Source: the human T2T-CHM13v2.0 reference genome, Homo sapiens
Reading direction: 5' to 3' (one strand)
Length of the DNA stretch: 64,000 nt
NCBI RefSeq assembly: GCF_009914755.1
Contig: NC_060934.1
Each line of letters starts with the position of its first letter. The stretch's first letter is position 1. This document shows, piece by piece, positions 1 through 18,155 of the stretch. Under the pieces are notes generated by a model that was not told where the DNA came from, searched no databases, and was given only the letters and a program-made list of their open reading frames with translations. The position numbers and the translations under genes were made by a program.

Positions 1-159
1 TTTAAAAAAATGTTACATAATGGGTTTATCGTTATCTTTTAGATGAATTAATAAATATTTGTCAAATTTCTCAGTAAAATTAATAGATAGAGCCCTTAAA
101 AGCAAAAGCTCTCTGAGTGCTGAGGCCAAAGCATTTGAAAACTACCGATTTAAAGTATA

Positions 160-305
160 AACCATTGCTATTCAAGTGTGGTCCATGGCACAGGAAGTTG
201 TTAGAGGTGCAGAATCTCAAGCCCCACCCCTGACCTACTGAACCGGAGTCCATGCTGTTAACCAGAACTAGTTTGTCTGCACAATGGAAGTTGAGAAGCA
301 GAGGT
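160..305. mobile_element. MER5A-like hAT DNA transposon fragment
   Basis: tcaagtgtggtcc...gttagaggtgcagaatctcaagccccacccc...ctactgaacc, MER5-like text. Confidence 0.5.
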
Positions 306-504
306 GTAGAACATCTGCACGAAGCGATTTGGCAACTCAGTGACCTCTAGCCAAATTTCAGTCTGGTGGGGCTTTGGCGAGTCCATTCTCCAATTATCTT
401 GCATCCAAGGAGCTGAGTGAGGTCTTACCTATTTGAGATTCTTCAGTCCTACTGTCTCTTAAGTGGCCACACCCTCATCAAAGCCAGCAGCTTCAGAGCA
501 GGGT

Positions 505-690
505 TCTAGTGGTGGTTTTCAAACTCGGGTACATCAGAATCACCTGGGGGACTTCTGAAAGCACAGATGCTGGGCTCTGCCTCTCCCCACCAAAGATCCT
601 GATTCAGCAGGTCTGAGATAGGTTCTGAGAATTTAAAGTTCTAGCAAGTTCTCAGGTGATGTTGATGCCACAGGTCTCCACACTGAGATC
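505..690. mobile_element. MER5-like hAT DNA transposon fragment
   Basis: gtggttttcaaact...catcagaatcacctggggg...caagttctcaggtgat. Confidence 0.55.
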
Positions 691-2389
691 TTGATAAACA
701 GCATTTATTCAAGTTCTTATATAATTATGTCATGCCCATAGGACTTATGGGAGAGAGGTCTTAAACTTGTTTCAACACCAATCTCTTAAAAGTAAAATAT
801 ATGAAAAATTCAAAATTTCCGTCTTTGCCAAGGAGGCACCTGTATCTTTTAATAAGTGGAAAGCAGTAAGATATCAGGCAGGTCACAGGTCATTTAGAGC
901 ACGGCTGTTCTCTTAAAATGATGTGAGAACTAAGGTTCAGCATCCTTCTGCACTAATTGCAAAATCACCACAAAATTTAAACGAGGAGATATAAATAGCC
1001 TGTCAAGTTCATTTGTCATTATTTAAACTGATAACATGCCATTCATCCAGTTGGTCAGTGCTGCTCTGCACCAGAAACCAGGAACAGATGAGCGTACAAA
1101 CCAGTGAATTGCCATCTCCAAGCATGAGATAACTTGGTTAGAGTCATCAGATTTCCTGTGCTCAAAAGCTGCCATAAATCCCTGGCCTCGTGTCTGTTCC
1201 CAGGCTTGCAAACCCAGTGCCGTCGACTGATACAGACCTTTCAGCAGGATTTGCTGAGCTAAACAGGTGTCTGATGAAAAGTGTGTAATCCTCAAAGATT
1301 ATCATCCCCTAAAAGCAGCTGGTGACCCCAAACTCACATAATCCAGAGAGATGGAAGTTGGGAGTGAGTAGCTTGCCAAAGTTTACACTTTGGTGTTTGA
1401 GGAGGTTCATATGGTTTGGTTTGGTTCCAGGTAGTGGAAGATGGAGGTGTGCAGGGGTGAGGGTGTCTGCCCCTGTCGGGGGAGATCCCTGTCCCTATCC
1501 ATGCCCTTGCCTGAGAACATTATTCTACTATGGTCCATTTACACTCTTGAATACTCCTAGTTTAAAGGGAAGGAATTTTCATTTTCAATGAGCGTTAACA
1601 TTACAGTTATTATGCTGGGAATTAAATTTAATTTGGGAATTTGGGTCTGCAAAAACATATCTTGACCTTGTCTAGATAGTTCCTTCCTTATCCTAATAGA
1701 TCTGTCTACATGAGATAACTCTCTACCACTTTTATTTTCTCCCACTGGGAGAGAGTTAACCATTTCAAACTCAGGGCTAGTTAACATGAGATTTGATTCT
1801 TTTACTGCAAGTAGTTAAGCCTTAACAGAGGTGAGGCACACTCGGGTTCCATGCAGTACAGCTTAGAAATGCTTACTTTTTATAGACAGAAATCACATTG
1901 TTCTTCCTTTCCCTTTAAGCAGACATCTTGACAATCCTTTGAATTGATTATGTGGCCTGTATACTGAAAGTCAGATGTCACCTTCCCCAGGATAAGTACT
2001 TCCAGTAAAGCAAAAGAGGAAGCCAGCTTTTGCTACGATCAAGATAGTTGATGTGGATGAGGGGTTTATGGGCTACCCCGTTTTCAATTACAAGGCTCCC
2101 ACTCACAGAGTAAGTGCTGTTGGCCAGCACCTCTGGCTCACAGACAAGTTCCAGGGAATAATTTCACCAGCGATTAATTATACTGCAGCTACTGGGATTT
2201 GTCCTCCAAACATCACTTTGTTTTCCATCTGAAACAGCCAGGTTTCTCCAGGGAGAGCTGAGGTTTTCTGATTGAAAGTATCCCGAGTTAAGGAGAAGTG
2301 TTAGAGCACCATGGGAATCTATTCACCAGGGGTGTACTGTACTTGTTTCAGATGCTTCAGGATAATACACCAGCTTCTAAGATAAGTGC

Positions 2390-2691
<302 letters not shown>

Positions 2692-2878
2692 AAGATAAGT
2701 GTTTTTTATTTCCCTGCATCTTAGATCAATTATTTGGAATTTTTTTGGTAAGTTAAGAGCTGTAACTTAAACCACCACATCTCTATGATTACTCAATAAG
2801 TGAAATGTTCTTACCAAAAATTTTTCTTCCAATGGGCTATATCATAATTATGTTGTGAAGAGCCTAGAAAAAAATAGA

Positions 2879-3152
2879 GGCCGGGCACAGTGGCTCACGC
2901 CTGTAATCCCAACACTTGAGGGACTGAGGTCAGGAGTTCGAGACCAGCCTGGGCAAAATGGTGAAACCCTGTCTCTACTAAAAATGCAAATCTTAGCCAG
3001 GCATGGCCACTGGCGCCTGTAATCCCAGCTACTCAGGAAGCTGAGGAAGGAGAATCGCTTGAGCCTGGGAAGCGGAGGTTGCATCGAGCCCATATCGCAC
3101 CATTGCACTCCAGCCTAGGCAACAGAGCAAGTCTCTGTCTCAAAAAAAAAAA
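2879..3152 (+). mobile_element. AluS with small internal deletion
   Basis: ggccgggcacagtggctcacgcc...ctcaaaaaaa. Confidence 0.92.
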
Positions 3153-6010
3153 GTACAAAGAAACAAAAGGTGGCAAGAAATTCGTTTTTTAAAACATCGC
3201 ATGTTATGAGGGTCAGAGTAGTGAAGTGCCACCAGCTGCAGCCTTCTGAGAGGAAGTGCTGCTGCTGGTTCAAATGGAATTCTGTCCTACATCCACCAAG
3301 CACGCCAGTGGAGTGGACATGACACACACTTTTCTTCTAAGCTGTACAGTTTAACATATTACAAGTGAGTTCATTTAACTAGTAAGGAATCAGAAATGTA
3401 TCTTTGTTCATTTTGATCGTTTTGATGGATTCTGTTTTCTCTTACGTGAGTAGACTTTGTGGACTTCCAAATGGCTCCTGGCATAAGTGCCAGTTCCTGC
3501 TATTAGTTCCTTGAGGGTCTCATGAGTCAGAGAGGAGAGGGAAAAACCCACTGCAAGCCATGCAGGGGTCCCTTCGGATAGTGGCCTTGTGCAGTCTGCA
3601 GTGTCGGTGCACGTCATCCCTGCACACCCGCCTGCTGTGCTCTGGCTGGAGCTTGGGTTTGCAGTTGTCTTCTTTACAGCACCCAGGGAAGCATGGCCTC
3701 CTGGCAGGTGTTGGCCACTCCCTGCTTTCTCCTGGCCTTTGCAAGCACAGTGCAAGGGTGTTTGCTGAAAAAGACCACTGGGCTTTCAGTGTACCCACAC
3801 CCATCAGGGCTGATCACCCTGCTGCCACCTCCCCAGGACTCTTCCGTGACTATCAGTCATAGCCTGAAGTCTGTGTCCAAGGGAGTGTCTCAGGAGACAG
3901 CCACTTAACATGGTAGGAGTAGCAGGTGCTAAAAGGTTTATGCCTAAATGCTCCCCATGGACCCCAAGTTGCCTGCTGGTTTGAGTGGCCTAACCCATTT
4001 AGGCTCAGGCCCTGACAGGGTGTGTGTGCACCACTTCGGGGTGTGAAAGCATGAACAGCTGCGGAAAGCGTGGGTTTTCTGATGCTGGCTGCTGCTGCCT
4101 TCCGGATTAGGGACTGTAGCGGGGAGACAGAACAAAGGAACACATGTGCTTCTGGGTAAGCTGGCCCATCATAGTGGGGGACATAAGGTATGGGGGGGCA
4201 CATACCACCTTGGTATGAACACTTTGGTTGTACAGAATTCTTTCAGCAAGGCTGAGAGGAGTGGGGCTTTCTGTCCTTGACTGCTGGATTCAAATAAGCA
4301 CCAGTAGAGGACCTGGGGACTTTCACACTCACTGCAGGGGACTTTCAATTGTGGGATCTCATGGACAAAAGGGAATGGTTCTATATCCACGGCTCTATGG
4401 TTCTCACCCCCCCAGGAGTACAAAGCTGGGACCCCCCAGCCTCCTGGGTACGTTTCTCAGCATGTGCCAAGCACTTTGGAGGCAGGTGACGGATGTGCCA
4501 ATTATCTGTATTCTGAGGTGTGGGCTCCCTTCATACTCTGGCAACACAGAGACGTAGAGAGCTCTTCTTCGTGTTGACAGGACACAATATGGGCTGGCTT
4601 CGGCACAGTGGCCATCACTGTGTTAGCATTCCTGACACACTGCTATTGAAAGCCCCAATCTGCTGCCAAATTACATGTAGACAGTGGTTTCACTGTAAAA
4701 TGTTGCGGTGCTTGTTTGCATTCAGTCAAATACTTTGCACTTAAACATGGGTTAAAGAGACAAATAAGTCAAAAGACCTTAGCAAAACCTGAAGTTAAAT
4801 TTACGCCTATTCTTCATAATGGCATTCAGATTAAAGCCATCAAAATGCAAAATGCTGTGATTATACCCTTCGAGGGTTCAGGCTGGATTCTTGTTTTGTA
4901 TTTCTGCATTACTGTATTTGCAGTGATTTTGAGATGCAGGAAAATGCATCAGAGGCATTGATTTCTTCTTTAACAAAAAATAACCCTAAAATTGAGAAAA
5001 TTCTTGAGAATGCAGCCATTTTGGAAATGTAGATAAAGAAGAAAAATGCTGAAGATTTGGGTGGTTTATGGAGCCGTATGATTTTGTCATTGCTGCCACC
5101 TACTGTATGTGGTTGATGTTTGTTTAAACTTAGGAAGTTCATGAAGGTGAGGCTGTTGAAATAGATAATTAGAGCAAGGTAGACATCATTAGCTTATAGC
5201 ATTTCTTTTCTACCCCATAAGTGGCTCTTAATTACTGAGACAGCCGCCAGCTTTCATTCATTACCTTCAAGTGGATTTAAAGGGCTGGTTTCTTTTTTTT
5301 TTTTTTTTTTCCATTTTTAAAGTTCCTTTGCCAAGGAACCTTCACAGTAATGCTGTAAAATGCGTTCAAAAGCTTAAGATGCTGGGGGATTTTCTGAGCA
5401 TACATGCAATAGGTTGTTTTAAGGAGTTTGTTTTGTTTTGTCTTAATTTGTAGGAGCAATATTCTGGGATTGGATTGTAAATTAATTTCTATGAAAGAGG
5501 TGAAAATGGAGCTAGTGGAGCTGATGGGAGTTGCAGCAGTTGACTTGAAAGACATTCTTTTATTAGTCCTAAAACAAAGCTTCAGATCAACCTGCTAGTT
5601 AAATGTAACAAGCAATATAGACTCTGAGTCAACAGAGGTCCTTCTCTTTTTATTAAGACCCAGCTGTCAAAGGGTCATTAGGTCCTTCCTGTGGAAAACA
5701 ACTTGCCCATTAATGTTGGGGGTGGTCCCTCGACAGGATTTCTGAGTAAGTGCCTGACATTTCGTTTTTGAAAGAATCTAAAGCTGTGGGAGACTTAGAT
5801 GTTGAGACTTAGCAGGAGTAATGTCTTCAACCATAGCTTTTAGTCTTTGTTAAATATGTCACAATATGTGTTTGGAATGCTGCTGCTAGCTGCGTGAATT
5901 GACTTAGAGTGCCACTGTCAAAGATTCAGGAGCGTAAACTTCACGGAGATCAAATCACTATAACTGGGAAGAGGCTACATTCCTAAAGCGAATGCACTTC
6001 TCTGTTGTGA

Positions 6011-6343
<333 letters not shown>

Positions 6344-6580
6344 TGAGTCCTGGGACCCTGGGCAGCTCCGTGGCTCAGGCATCCCACACCAGAAAGGGTC
6401 CCTGGAGATAGGTGCATTCATTCCAGTTAAAGACTGAGGTTCCCTAACAGTATTATCAAACCTTTTCTCCTAAAAATAACACATGAAATGACACTTTTTT
6501 ACTGGTTGGATTCCAGTGTTCTGTACCCTCTCATTGAGGTGCTTTCTGATTTTTCCTAACGCAGATAACATTAGTGCTAG

Positions 6581-6859
<279 letters not shown>

Positions 6860-7409
6860 TAGCATTCTTAAGCTAAGAAAGTCATTAAGATCGTTGTCAA
6901 AAGCTTGGTTATGTAGAGATAGCATGTGAAATGATATGGCACTAATTTATCCTAACTGAGGTTGCATGGTAAGACATGATAATTTTATTGAATTGAGTAT
7001 GAAAAATGAAACATTTATCATTGATTACAAAGCAGCATTTTTCACTACTGAGAGCATGTAATCAGATCAAATTCGGTGCTGAGCTCCAAGGCTGCAGTGT
7101 CAATTGATTCTTTGTGTTTATGAACTTGCTTAAAGTGCTCCTTGCCAGTGAGCATGTAATGTAGTGATAAAGGACTCAAATCAATTCGCTGCATCATTAA
7201 TACTGTTAAATATCCCATGAAACCCAATCTTCTTTGATTTGTTATCCTAACTGATGCAAAAGGTTCCTGAGATGATGCAGCTGGAATGTGCTTGGCTGGC
7301 TGGCTGTCCTGATCAGAACCGACTTAGAGACACTTTGCCATTGATCCTCAGAGGCTCTGGCTGTGTAACTGCCCTCTCACTGGCCACCATTTTTACCCTC
7401 CCCACTTAG

Positions 7410-7784
<375 letters not shown>

Positions 7785-8000
7785 TGAGTCGCGTTCAATC
7801 AAATCTTATTTGTCATTGCAGACATTCTGTCTATTAGTATTTGTTTCACTCTCTGTTCTTTAGTCGTAGTTTATGTGTACCCAGTCCCGCTGATCATATA
7901 TCATAATCGTTTATCTCACAGTCATGATTATGTTTACTTTTCAGGTTTGTTAGTGCGGTGACAGGAAACCAGGGACAGGCCAGCCTCCTAGTCTAGTAGT

Positions 8001-8018
8001 CACTGCCACCTGCTGGTC
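8001..8018 (-). promoter_or_regulatory. Candidate CTCF site in KAT6B intron 16
   Basis: Minus strand GACCAGCAGGTGGCAGTG fits the CCASYAGRKGGCRS core. Confidence 0.5.
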
Positions 8019-8095
8019 TGCAGGAGTAGAGTAACTGAGGTTTATGGGAACAAAAAGGGGCCCCAGAAAGCACTTAAACCACCCTCCAAGACCTA

Positions 8096-8468
<373 letters not shown>

Positions 8469-9224
8469 GACTCCAAGCCCAGTGCTCTTCATGCTGTTTC
8501 TTTCTCTTGTTCTTGGCACAGAATTGTTAGAAAGCATTTTAGGCCCTTAATTTTGATGGTGATATTTTGCATTTGTGGCCAACTGCGCATTACTGAATCT
8601 CCTCAGATCTTAGTAGCCCAGTGATGTCTCTAGATAGACCATATCATCTCCAATGGTACAGAAAGTAAAGAATTGACTTTGTTTTTAGGTAACTGCTCAC
8701 CCAGATCTGATATCTTTGTCTTCAGTATCTATCTGGGACATAGAGGAGAGCCAAGACTGATAGAGATATCACAATACAAGCTAAGGCTCCGCCCCAAGGC
8801 CATCTGATGTGGCATCTGTTAGGGAACTTGCTGTTCTAACTCCCAGCTCAGCGCTCTTCTAGGCCTGGCAGTCTTCTGGAAGGGTCTCCATGGGGAGGTG
8901 GTAGAAAGGAGCATCCCACAAAGTAGACTTCAGGCTTAAGAATAATGTTTCCATTTCTTAGGAGGAGTGTGTATTCATGTGTTGTATATATAATAAAAGA
9001 AATTTGTTCTAAAACTATCAAAAACCAGAATCATCCAAGGCATGATCTGAACTGGACTCAACCTGAAGAAAACCAGTTCTCTACCTTGGCTTCCCTCATA
9101 TTAGGGAAAATTCTCATGGATTAAAGAGGGCAGGCAGACTGGGGGGAATAATAACCGTAAATGTTTAATTACAGAATATGATTAACTGGCTACGTGTGTG
9201 CTTCAGTGAGCATTCAGAGCGTTA

Positions 9225-9422
<198 letters not shown>

Positions 9423-9649
9423 TTACCTGAAGGTTAGCTTTTAACCAAGCATATTGAACCCTTCTTTGCAGTGTATTTTCAATAATTTGGGGGGCAACAA
9501 TTACATCTTAGCAGCAAATCTACCTGCTATTCCTCTATTTGAATTTTGTGTCATTAAAAACTTTTTTGCTGGGCGAAAAACATTTTATAATTACAATTAT
9601 GGACAGTCATTTGTGCCAACCTTTAGTGCAAACAGAAAAAATATTTTTA

Positions 9650-9793
9650 GGCCAGGTGCGGTGGCTCACACCTATAATCCCAGCACTCTGGGAGGCCAAG
9701 GCGGGTGGACCACTTGAGCTCAGGGGTTCGAGACCAGCCTAGGCAACATGGCAAAGCCCTGTCTCTACAAAAAAGAAAAATAAAAGAAAAAAA
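9650..9793 (+). mobile_element. Alu left monomer (FLAM-like)
   Basis: Single arm with A-rich tail. Confidence 0.85.
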
Positions 9794-10480
9794 TATTTTT
9801 ATATCATACAAATAAGACATCTGGCATGTCTTTAACATTTTTAGATTCCTTCTATTAAAATATTTTGCCAGGTTATCAGTTGCTCACATCTCAGCAGCCA
9901 CCAATACTTGACTTTGTTAACATTTTAAACAGTAATCCTTTCTTCAGGTACCTTTCCTTTCCTTTTCATAGCCCTGAAGTCCTATGGAATGAGAAAAAGT
10001 AGGCTGGTCTTGTATCATATTTCCCAGTGCTGTCCACATAGTGGGTGCTCCTTCAAGAGTTCTCAAGTATTAAATGGGTTAACCCAGTGGCTAGTTAATT
10101 ACAGCACCATTTATAAAGACATTAGAGTCTGTGATGACCTTAAATGTCTGTGATGTGAGGAATATTGAAGCCAGCAAGTACCATTGGAAAAATATATGCT
10201 AGAAAAGCAAAGCTTAGTTTTTAAAATCTCCAGTCAAGCTGCTAGGATGTTCCCTCTCAGAGCATCTGCTTGAGTAAACAACTGTTTTATTTGGAAAACA
10301 CTTGCCTGTGTAGTTGGAGCCCGAGAGGGATGTTAGACATCAAATGGAAGGTTAAGTACAAAGGCATTACAGAAGTCACCACGTGTAAGATTCTCAGACA
10401 CGCGTTCAGTACATGTCTACTGCATATCGACTCAACCATTTAATTTCTCATGAGCTCTTATGTGTTATGTTTGGAATTAA

Positions 10481-10783
<303 letters not shown>

Positions 10784-11271
10784 TAGAGGAATGATAAAAA
10801 CCTTACCCTTGAGAATGTCTGTATCTGACTGGGTGCCAAAGAGCAGGCCTCTGGCGTGATGCCCAGAGGCACCTGCGAAGTGGTGCTGATGCACCTGGAG
10901 CAAGTGCCCATCTGCCCTTTCCCATCCTTACAAGCTTCTCTCCCTTCTTCCTGGAATTGGATTTTATGTTAAACAACTTCTAAGGCCAGAACATTCCTCT
11001 AGGTGGGTTCATCTTACTTACCAGAAATTGGCTTATCCCCAAAAACTTTGAAGTCTGTTGACAAGAAACACATTACATTTCTTTGATTCTAATATGTACT
11101 TTTTTTTTTCACATTTAGTTATTTCTGAAATCAAGGTATATATTATTATCAGTGTGAGCATTGAATGGAATCGTTTCTTTTTTCCTGGAAAACAAATATT
11201 AGTAAATCAATAGTACATTTTATAATCAGTAGTGTCGTAGTATATACTACTATAAAGATTCATCTAAACTA

Positions 11272-11694
11272 AGCTGGGCATGATGGCTTACACCTGTAAT
11301 CCCAGCACTTTGGGAGGCTGAGGCAGGTGGATCACTTGAGCCCAGGAGTTTGAGACCAACCTAGGCAACATGGCAAAGCCCCTACTCTAAAAAAAATACA
11401 AAAATTAATCAGATGTAGTGGTGTGCACCTGTAGTCTCAGCACTTTTGGAGACTGAGGCAGCTGGATCACTTGAGCCCAGGAGTTTGAGACCAGCCTGAG
11501 CGACATGGCAAAACCCCATCTCTACAAAAGATACAAAAATTAGTCAGCAGTGGTGGTGTGTGCCTATAGTCCCAGCTACTTGGGAGGCTGAGGTGGGAGG
11601 ATCACCTGAGCTCAGGGTGAGCCATGATCGTGCCACTGCACTCCAGCCTGGGTGACAGAATGAGACCCTTTCTCAAAAAAAAAAAAAAAAAAAA
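11272..11694 (+). mobile_element. AluJ-like element with duplicated left arm (three arms)
   Basis: Two left-arm copies then one right arm; TSD CATCTAAACT at 11261 and 11700. Confidence 0.85.
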
Positions 11695-12310
11695 GGAACC
11701 ATCTAAACTTACCCACACATCAATATTAGCTTTGATAATATTGCATAACATAAAAATCAGTAAACTGACTTTCCTTTTAAGTTGACAGGGACACCTCTAC
11801 CCCATCCTCTAAAAAATACACTGAACACCAGTGAATCGTCTTTAAAAGCACCCATCCTTGCCTGTCAGGTTGAGAACGTGTGCTCCCAGCTGAATCATGA
11901 GGGTTTATGGTATACTCTCTCTATTCCCTGGCCAAGATGACTCTATTCAGAACTTACTTTAATCTGGGGAACAGGCCATCTCATTTCCCTGGGAACCACA
12001 GGATCACTCTAGCTTTTGAAAAGCCACAGTTTTAAGAACATATGCAAGCATCTTCTTGATTTTCTTAGTTCACAGAAATGCTATTCCTGCATACAGTATT
12101 TTGCTGAAGGAATGACTTCTTACCCTGGGTATAGAGAAACCAAGCCTTATTCTTTGGGTTTTTTTTTTTTAAACAAATAACAAACTGCAGTGAGCGATCA
12201 TTTTGTGTGTGAAAATGAGGTTTATTTCCCCTTCTTGGCTGTCTTCTCATATTATGCCTGATTCCTTTCAGGATGTCCTTCTTTCTTAAAAATAATTGTC
12301 AGAAAGCTCA

Positions 12311-12791
<481 letters not shown>

Positions 12792-14017
12792 CTACATCAC
12801 ATATGTGTTCTTTTCAGCTGGTCGGTTTGAATGTAATACTTGCAGGTAAGTTTATCTGTAATCCTTTTATTACCTAAATCAGCCAGTGCTTACTCTGCTG
12901 TCCACCAGTTGGACTAGAACTCACTCTATTCTGGCAGAAGGGATATCTGTTTTATGATGATTGTGAGATCTTATTTTTATTCTCCAAAATAGAGTTTCTA
13001 ATAAGACTATTGTTCTATATAAAGCTTTTCCTTTAAATTGACCACTGATTCTAGAAGATTGGTGTAATCTAAAGATCTTAAGAATACTTGGGTGCTTCAT
13101 GCATATATTTATTAATATATATTTATTAATATGTATATAGCTATTCATCTGCTTGTATAAATATGTACATATTTACATTTATATTAACATGTGCATATAG
13201 GTTCAGTAAAAAGCTCACCTGAACTGAAATGAACTTCACAATTATGGTTTGTTTCTAAGTGTCTTTAATATGCAAACCTTACATCAGCAACATATTGATC
13301 CAGAATTCAGTGTGGACAGAATTAGTGTTAAAAAGAATACCTGTATTTTAAATGTTCAGGAATTTGCTAGTAATTACATTGTAGTTTGTATCATGCAAAA
13401 ATGATGATCCTAAAAATGATGATTACAAATGCATTTGTTTTGGGTATTTAGTTATTTACTGATTTGTTTCAGAGGTACACAGCTTATTTTTATGCCAGAG
13501 AGAACATTCAAATCAAAGTAAATAAATCATGTCTTCCAAGATCATTTACATCCTATAAATGTCCACAAACAGAGGTTTACTTTCTCTAGGTAGATATGAG
13601 AGTTAAGGCTTCTAGTCATTTTTCCAGGACAGTAATGATTTGTATATAAGCTAGCATTAATTCCTTTCCCCTATATTTCCTAATTTGTAAATGTTCAAAT
13701 TGATTTTTTTTTTTACACTGTGGAACTCTGGGCTTTTGCATCAGAGAATGTCTTGTTCATTAAATTCAAATAAGCACATTAGCATTGCCTATATCCATGT
13801 GTTCCCAATATGTTACTCTCCCAGGCCTAGGTTATTTACTTGGTTTATAACACAATATTATTACACATTAGCCTTGATTATGTCTTTACCATCAACTTTT
13901 AACATGCCAAATTGAAAGCAGTGTTTGCTAATTAATTTAGAGGAATGAATTCAAGTTGCCCATGGTTATGCTTTCTAAGACTGTTTTTTTTCCTTCCCGT
14001 TTTTGTCTCTTCACTAA

Positions 14018-16576
<2,559 letters not shown>

Positions 16577-18155
16577 ACAACGTGGGCAGTCCACAAAACC
16601 TACGGGGCATCACTATTGGATTGATCTGCACAAATACCTTTGAAGAGTACGATTTCAAAACCAGCAATTGGTGTGAATGCAAAAACATTTGTTGGCACCA
16701 TTTATTTAAAAAAAAAAAAAGCTGTATGCAGCAGAAAGCCTTATACAAGTTGTTTTTCTTTTTTTCCTTTTTCTTTTTTTTGGTACCTTCATTTCTGTTA
16801 CTTTTATATAAAATTCTCTGCAAAGGAAGGCCTCTCTTTGGACTACAATTTGGAGGCAGCCACTTGTTGTGCCTGCTTCTGTTAAACAATGTGGATATCA
16901 AGCCCCCCCAAATTATCTGTTTTAATATTGAACCTAGAGCTTTTTTTTTCCCTTCCCTGTCCACTCCATGTAAATGCCTTTAGCATTTCAGTTATTGTAT
17001 ATTTTGTTTAAGGTGACACTTCAGCATGCCGCTAATGTCTTTGTTAGTGACAGTGCATTTTGTAGTACTGTACAAGTGTTGTGCTAACAGTAAGCCATTT
17101 CTTAAGTTTTTTGCCTTGATTAGGGTGCCCTAATTTGAGGGTTTTAAAAAAAACTATATTTTTGTTAATTATAAAACTGTAAAGAGCTATAAAAGCTATT
17201 CCCATTTGGTTAGTCAAAAGGGTTTTATTGCTAAATGTTTGGTGTAAAGTTGAGACCCTTTTCCATTTTGGTGACAGATTTCTTTGGGGAAAAAAGGCAG
17301 CTTTCTGTTTTATAAATGCAGACTTCTGTTTATTGAATGAAGCATATCTCAGTGTTTATCTGTCAGGTTTTGAAACATTTCATATATGTCCAAATACTTG
17401 GCAGGATTTAAAAAAAAATAGTGAATTTGGTGTAAAGTTGCTATTTTATGGAAATGCCTCTAACTTTACATTTTCATTCCATCTGTAGATTTTTCTATCT
17501 TTATAAAATATTGGAGTTATTTTTTAAGGAAAAATAGAAAAGTAGCTTGTGAATAGCTCAAACTAAGCTTACAAATCGCATGTAAAAAAGCAAAAAAGTT
17601 ATTTGTGTCTGTTTATATTGCTTCCTTTTTTGTAGCCTTTGTACCTGTACAGGGTGACAGTAAGGGCCAAGCAGGAGAGGCGTAATCCTTGTATAAAATA
17701 GGATCCAGCGACACTCTTGTATTTATCTGTTCTCTTTTTAGTCAGTCACTTCAAAAAAACAAAAAACAAACAAAAAAAAGCTGTACATTTTAACATAAAA
17801 TAAATTATGATGAGCCATTTTTAGCCTCTTGTGTCCTGTCATATTATGATTGATAGAGAATGACCAATGGAACTGTATCATGTGTCACGCCTCAGAACAC
17901 ATACACATTTTGGGAAAATAAATTATTTAGTGTAAATTGGAGTTATGGGATTTTCTGATTTGTTTTGACTTTGGGGGAGGGGTTGGCAATAAATAAGAGT
18001 AATATCTAATAAAACCATCACATATACCAAATACCTATTTAATAAATTAATTTATAATGGATTTTAATGCTTTTCATGAAAGTTTATTTTATGCGAGTGC
18101 ATACCTTCTGTATGCCAATCATTGTCTTTAAAATAAAGTGAAATTGTTTTTTTCT
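16577..18155 (+). other. KAT6B: KAT6B 3' UTR (end approximate)
   Basis: AU-rich, repeat-free sequence after the stop codon, ending in a cluster of AATAAA hexamers. Confidence 0.8.
17799..18137 (+). terminator. KAT6B polyadenylation signal cluster
   Basis: AATAAA at 17799, 17917, 17988, 18008, 18041 and 18132; the last is followed by a T-rich downstream element. Confidence 0.75.
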
